Shown here: positions 57,547 through 64,000 of the stretch, piece by piece | Numbering within the stretch: position 1 is the stretch's first letter | Layout of the letters: each line of letters opens with the position of its first letter | Assembly: GCA_963748815.1 (NCBI GenBank) | Contig: CAVVKJ010000010.1 | Coordinates: 544,001-608,000, forward strand | DNA: 64,000 bases | Reading direction: 5' to 3' | Source of the DNA: an uncultured Gemmatimonadales bacterium | GTDB taxonomy: Bacteria > Gemmatimonadota > Gemmatimonadetes > Gemmatimonadales > GWC2-71-9 | Program-made: the position numbers and the translations under genes | Notes under the pieces: model-generated | The model's database searches: none | What the model was told of the DNA's origin: nothing | What the model saw: the letters and a program-made list of their open reading frames with translations, nothing else

Positions 57547-59922
57547 TCAGGGAGCATCCGCGCTCGGCAGGAGGGGACGGAGGCGGGCCTGCGAGAGCGC
57601 GGCCGCGAGCGCGGGGTTCGGCGAAAGCGCGAACGCCAGTTCGAGGTTCCGGATCATCATCGGCTCGTCGCCGGCGTCCTGGAAGGCATAGGCCAACTGG
57701 GTCGGCGGCAAGGCGAGCGTCGAGGCGAACGAACGGCTGGTCACCTCGAGCCCGGAAGACGTCCCGGTCCGCAGTCCTGCGTAGCGGTAGGTCTCCCACA
57801 CCAGTCGTTCGGTGAGCGGCAGGTCGAGCAGCGCCCCCGCAAGACGCTGCCGGTCGATGCCGGGGGCGAGCGAGTCCGGCGCGGTGGGCTGCAGGTGGAA
57901 CACCAGCCCCGCCTGCAGGAGGTAGGGATCGAGCGAGAGGAAGTTCCTCCCGGTGGTCACCGACCAGGCGACGGGACGGCGGCCGAGGTTCTGCTGGATG
58001 ACCCGGGCCACGATGAAGTCGCTTTGGTAGAAGATCGTGCCCGCCTGGTAGGTGCGCCGGTAGGGACCAAAGGTGACGGTGACCGGCTTGTCGAGCTGCC
58101 GGGGATACGCGGCCTCGATGTCGGCGTCACTCATCGGCGAGGTGGGCCAGTCCGGGCGCGTGGCCGCAAGGCCCTGCCAGACCGCGGGGGCCGCCGCCTC
58201 GTCAAACGGACGAATGGGCGCCTCGCGGAGCTGGCGGGCGTACCAGCCGGTGTTGGCCAGGGCCAGGCAGACGACGGTGACGTCCTGGCGAATCCCCTCG
58301 ACCTCCTGGGCCCACCAGAGGGGGAAGGTGTCGTTGTCGCCGTAGGTGAAGAGGACGCCGTAGGGCGGCACCGAGTTCAGGAGATCATAGGCAAAATCCG
58401 CGGCCAGGCGCGCGTCAGGGCCATGCCGGCGGCTCGCTGCGCTGAGGTTGGCGGCGGCGGGCGCGAAGGCGAGCAGGAAGAGCAACGGCACGGCCGCGCG
58501 GAGCGGCGGACTCGTGACACGTGCGAGCGCCTCGCGCACCAGCGACGCCAGTCCAATGCCTGCCCAGACGCCCCAGACCAGGAAACTCACCACGAAGAAG
58601 TAGTCCCGCTCCCGGACTTCGTGCTGCGATCCCTCGGGGAAGAGGGCGTATCCGAGCGAGGCGCCGGGCTTGAAATTCATGTAGGCCACGAGCCCGAACC
58701 CGGTCACCAGGAAGAGAGTGAGGAGCATCCACCACCCGGCGCGGTCGGCGCGCCGCTGCGCGAAGAGCCCGCGGAGGCCGAGCACGGTCACGAACACGGC
58801 GCCGAGGAGCTGGCCGGTGACGAGCCCCGACCCCCACTTTGCCAGGCCGCGCCCCCACTGCCAGTTGAAGTACTGCAGGTAGTTCTGGATTTGCAGCGCC
58901 ATGATGGTGAGGCTGCGGCCGGGGTTGGACGGCCCGTGGGCGACCGTGGGATCGTCGAGCGGCGTCCGGACCGGATACTGCTCGCGACGGATGACGGCCA
59001 GGAGGGCGTCCCAGGTGGAGGGATCGGCCTCGTTCGGCACCGGCGACTGGCCGGCGCGGATGTAGAGGAAGAGGTAGGTCGTCACGCCGATCGCGGCGAC
59101 GCCGAACGCGAGGAGGGCAAAGGGAAGCATCCCCGCCATCGCCGCGAAGACGACCGCCACGAGGAAGCAGAGTCCGCCCAGCACGATGAGCGGCGTGCTC
59201 CCCAGGCCGGTGCCGATGAGCAGCGCCCACAGACCCGCCACGACCGCCACGGTGGCCCACTCCTGGCGGCGGACCGAATCCGACACGGCGGGAGCGCCGT
59301 GAATCGTGGCCACGAGGAACATCACTACCGCCGGTCCCGCCAGGAGGGCCAGGAGGTGGTTCCCCATCGAGATGCCGGCGAGATACACGATGAGGAGGAT
59401 CAGTCGGAGGGAGCGCTCGGTTCCGCGCGCCGCGCGCCACCGGAGGCAGAGCCAGCAGATCAGCGCGATGGTGAACGTCGCGACGCTGTAGACCTCGGTC
59501 TCGTTCGAGTTCTGCCACTGGGTGAAGCTGAAGGCGGACAGGAGCCCGGCGGCCATGGCGCCGCCGGTGGCCACGAGCTTTCGCGTCGACTCGGTCAGAT
59601 CACCGCCGGCGCGCCAGAGCGCCTCGTGCGCCACGAGAAAGAAGAACCCCGCCGCCGCCGCGCTGAACGTGGCGCTCATGAGATTGGTGCGCCAGGCGTA
59701 CTCGCCCACCGGGAAGAGCGCGGCCCAGACGTGGCCCAACATCACGAAGAGCGGGGTGCCCGGCGGGTGCGGGATGCCGAGATTGTGGATGGAGGCAATC
59801 AATTCCCCCGCGTCCCAGAAGGTGACGCTGGGAGCGAGCGTAAGCACGTACCCGGTCAGCACCAGGGCAAAGAGGGCGAGCGCCGCGAAGTAGGGCGGCC
59901 GGTTGTCGTCGCGAGGGGTCAG
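57547..59922 (-). CDS. DUF2723 multi-TM protein (TMEM260-like)
   Basis: TLAPSV.FWDAGE, HPPGTPL, ETEVY, RERDYFF and GDNDTFP motifs. The first TM extends in frame to a CTG at 59922 (first canonical start is GTG 59862). Confidence 0.88.
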   Translation of the reverse strand: MTPRDDNRPPYFAALALFALVLTGYVLTLAPSVTFWDAGELIASIHNLGIPHPPGTPLFVMLGHVWAALFPVGEYAWRTNLMSATFSAAAAGFFFLVAHEALWRAGGDLTESTRKLVATGGAMAAGLLSAFSFTQWQNSNETEVYSVATFTIALICWLCLRWRAARGTERSLRLILLIVYLAGISMGNHLLALLAGPAVVMFLVATIHGAPAVSDSVRRQEWATVAVVAGLWALLIGTGLGSTPLIVLGGLCFLVAVVFAAMAGMLPFALLAFGVAAIGVTTYLFLYIRAGQSPVPNEADPSTWDALLAVIRREQYPVRTPLDDPTVAHGPSNPGRSLTIMALQIQNYLQYFNWQWGRGLAKWGSGLVTGQLLGAVFVTVLGLRGLFAQRRADRAGWWMLLTLFLVTGFGLVAYMNFKPGASLGYALFPEGSQHEVRERDYFFVVSFLVWGVWAGIGLASLVREALARVTSPPLRAAVPLLFLLAFAPAAANLSAASRRHGPDARLAADFAYDLLNSVPPYGVLFTYGDNDTFPLWWAQEVEGIRQDVTVVCLALANTGWYARQLREAPIRPFDEAAAPAVWQGLAATRPDWPTSPMSDADIEAAYPRQLDKPVTVTFGPYRRTYQAGTIFYQSDFIVARVIQQNLGRRPVAWSVTTGRNFLSLDPYLLQAGLVFHLQPTAPDSLAPGIDRQRLAGALLDLPLTERLVWETYRYAGLRTGTSSGLEVTSRSFASTLALPPTQLAYAFQDAGDEPMMIRNLELAFALSPNPALAAALSQARLRPLLPSADAP

Positions 59923-61093
59923 TGGGCCACTCCGAGGGCGTGGGCGATGGCGAGCGCATCGCGCACCGCCGCAGGTTCGTGAACGCGGAAGAGCCGGGCG
60001 CCCCGCGCGTAGGTCAGGGCGCAGAGGGCGGCGGTGGCCCGGTCCCGGTCCGCGACGTCGCGGTCGGCGACCGCGCCGAGAAATCGCTTGCGTGAGGGTC
60101 CCACGAGAATCGGCCGGCCGAGCGCGTGCAACGCCGCCAGCTGGTCGGCGAGCAAAATATTTTGGTCGACGGTCTTGGAGAAGCCGAACCCCGGGTCCAC
60201 GACAATCCGGTCGGCGCCGATCCCGGCCGACGTGGCCCGATCCACCGCCTGCCGCAGTTCTCCGACGACTTCCCCGACGACGTCACCGCCGTAGTCGGCG
60301 CCGTCGTAGGTGGCCATCGACGCGAGGTCGCCGCGGGAATGCATCACGATGATGCCCGCGCCCGCCGCGGCGACGACGCCCGCAAGCTCCGGATCGAGCC
60401 GCAAGCCGGACACGTCGTTGATCGCGCTGGCCCCGGCGGCCAGCGCCACGCGGGCCGTCGCCGACTTCACCGTATCCACCGAGATCGGGAGTGCGGGCCA
60501 CCGCGCCCGGAGCGCCTCCACCACCGGCACCACGCGGGCGATTTCCTCTTCCGCCGGGACGGGGGCGGGCCGTCCCGGCCGCGTGGACTCGCCGCCGACG
60601 TCGAGCATCGTGGCACCAGCGGCGATCATCTCCTCCGCCCGTGCCAGGGCCGCCGCCACCGTCGGGAGCCGCCCGCCATCGCTGAAGCTGTCCGGCGTCG
60701 CGTTGAGGATGCCGACAATGACTGGCCGGTCGAGATCGAGGCTCCCCGACGCCGTGATCCACACCGCCGGAAGTTCCATCGGGAGGGCGAGGCCCACCTG
60801 GAACGCCACCTCGGCGAGTTCGGGGGGACCGACCCATGGCCGGGCCAGCGCCTGCAGCCGGGCCCGGCTGCCGCTGATGAGCGCGCCCGTCTCCGTAGTC
60901 AGGATGTCGAGCCCCAGCTTGCCACCGGCGTAGGCCACCAGCGCCTCCCGGGTGGCGTCGTCGAGTCCCGACAAATGCAATGCGGCCGGCTCAGTGCCCT
61001 GAGCGGCCGCATCGGCCTTCCACTCTTCGAAGCCCCCTGCCCGGAGCACCGCCCGCACCGCCTCCCGCGAGGCCGCGGCGAGCGGAGTCACCT

Positions 61094-61097
<4 letters not shown>
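59919..61097 (-). CDS. folP: Dihydropteroate synthase with N-terminal extension
   Basis: GILNATPDSFSDGG, GGESTRPG, DPGFGF, SRKRF and RVH motifs. Confidence 0.95.
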
Positions 61098-63080
<1,983 letters not shown>

Positions 63081-63083
63081 TCG

Positions 63084-63629
63084 TCAGTCCAGGTCAACAA
63101 TGTAGGGTAAGTGCCGGCAGTCCTCGGCGTGGTCCAGCCCGTAGCCGACCAGGAAAGCCGGTGGGGCGTGGAATCCGACGAATCGGAGTTCCGGCGGAGG
63201 CACCGGGGCGATCTGCTTGTCCAGCAAGGTGCAGATGGCCAGACTGGCCGGGTGCCGGGCGCGGAGCAATTCGACCAGCCGCGTCAGCGTCCTCCCGCTA
63301 TCAATTATATCCTCAACGACCACAATATGTTTGCCGGCGAGGTCGGTGGCCGGATCGTAGAGGAGCCGGACGTTGCCGCTCGAGACGGTGCCCGTCCCGT
63401 AGCTGCTCACCACCAGGAAGTCGACCTGGAGCGGCCGCTCGATGGCGCGGGCGAGATCCGCGAGGAAGATGAAGCTTCCCTTGAGGAGTCCCAGGAGCAG
63501 GAGGTCGCCGTCCGGGTAGGCCTCGGTGATCTCCCGGCCCAGCGACGCCACCCGTTCCGCGATCTGCTCGGCGGTGAAGATGACCGACTTCGCCTTGCGC
63601 CCCCCGCTCCGCCGTGCCAGGTCACCCAC
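63084..63629 (-). CDS. hpt: Hypoxanthine phosphoribosyltransferase
   Basis: LKGS, SSYG, VEDIIDSGRT and GYGLD motifs. Confidence 0.94.
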   Translation of the reverse strand: MGDLARRSGGRKAKSVIFTAEQIAERVASLGREITEAYPDGDLLLLGLLKGSFIFLADLARAIERPLQVDFLVVSSYGTGTVSSGNVRLLYDPATDLAGKHIVVVEDIIDSGRTLTRLVELLRARHPASLAICTLLDKQIAPVPPPELRFVGFHAPPAFLVGYGLDHAEDCRHLPYIVDLD

Positions 63630-64000
63630 CGCTCACCTCGATCCGTAGTGCATTGTCACCCGCGCTGGGAAGCGCCCCGGCCCCCCGACAGATCCCTCCG
63701 AGCCAGACGATCGTCCCGTCGATCTCCAGCACCGGCCACCCCGCCCGGCGGCTCCGCGCGATCCGGGCCTCCTGGAGCAGCCGCGCCAGCAGGCGCCGGC
63801 CTCGGCCCCCGAGGGGGAGGAGCCGGTCCCCTGGCATCGGGGCGCGTACGGTGGCCTCTTCCCCGATGAACCAGCCGACCCAGCCGTCGCGCCGGTCGAC
63901 TTGGGGCGCCGGGGCCCGGTTCCACGAGATGCTCCACGGCCCCCATCGCGCCCGGCCCTGCGCCCCATGCAGGTGCAGCGGCGCCGGCGGTTCGGTGACG
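63622..64000 (-). CDS. tilS: tRNA(Ile)-lysidine synthase, C-terminal part (continues beyond the window)
   Basis: Open frame from the window edge with R...PGDR, L.RLLQEARI...R..WPVL and IVW TilS-C motifs; tilS-hpt-ftsH synteny. Confidence 0.85.
   Translation of the reverse strand, partial: VTEPPAPLHLHGAQGRARWGPWSISWNRAPAPQVDRRDGWVGWFIGEEATVRAPMPGDRLLPLGGRGRRLLARLLQEARIARSRRAGWPVLEIDGTIVWLGGICRGAGALPSAGDNALRIEVSGG

Overview
This is a high-GC bacterial chromosome segment. Gene content and order suggest Gemmatimonadota (inference, no database search). Almost every gene is on the minus strand; mazG is the exception. Most of the window is housekeeping: tilS(3' end)-hpt-ftsH-folP-DUF2723, yggS-divIVA-ileS-dksA-like-lspA-rluD, tRNA-Val and tRNA-Asp, a dcw cluster (rsmH-ftsL-ftsI-murE-murF-mraY-murD-ftsW-murG-murC-ftsQ-ftsA-ftsZ-M23, with no mraZ, murB or ddl), ftsY-recG-asnS, mazG, and alr-DUF1844-deoB-cdd-lipoprotein-beta-barrel-miaB-comFB. 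The notable region is a tightly packed 19-gene operon (~32990-51193) with its own predicted promoter. It contains a receptor-less Che system (cheW x3, cheY, cheA, cheC, cheR, cheD, cheB). Nested inside it are an MglA GTPase, three roadblock/MglB-type proteins, two DUF4388 proteins with MshEN-like c-di-GMP motifs, TPR scaffolds and a protein made of two tandem DnaA-type AAA+ modules with no DNA-binding domain; the operon ends with a TPR protein and a membrane zinc peptidase. Single-base frameshifts in murD, ftsH and DUF1844 look like assembly errors. I saw no CRISPR array, rRNA, prophage or transposase.
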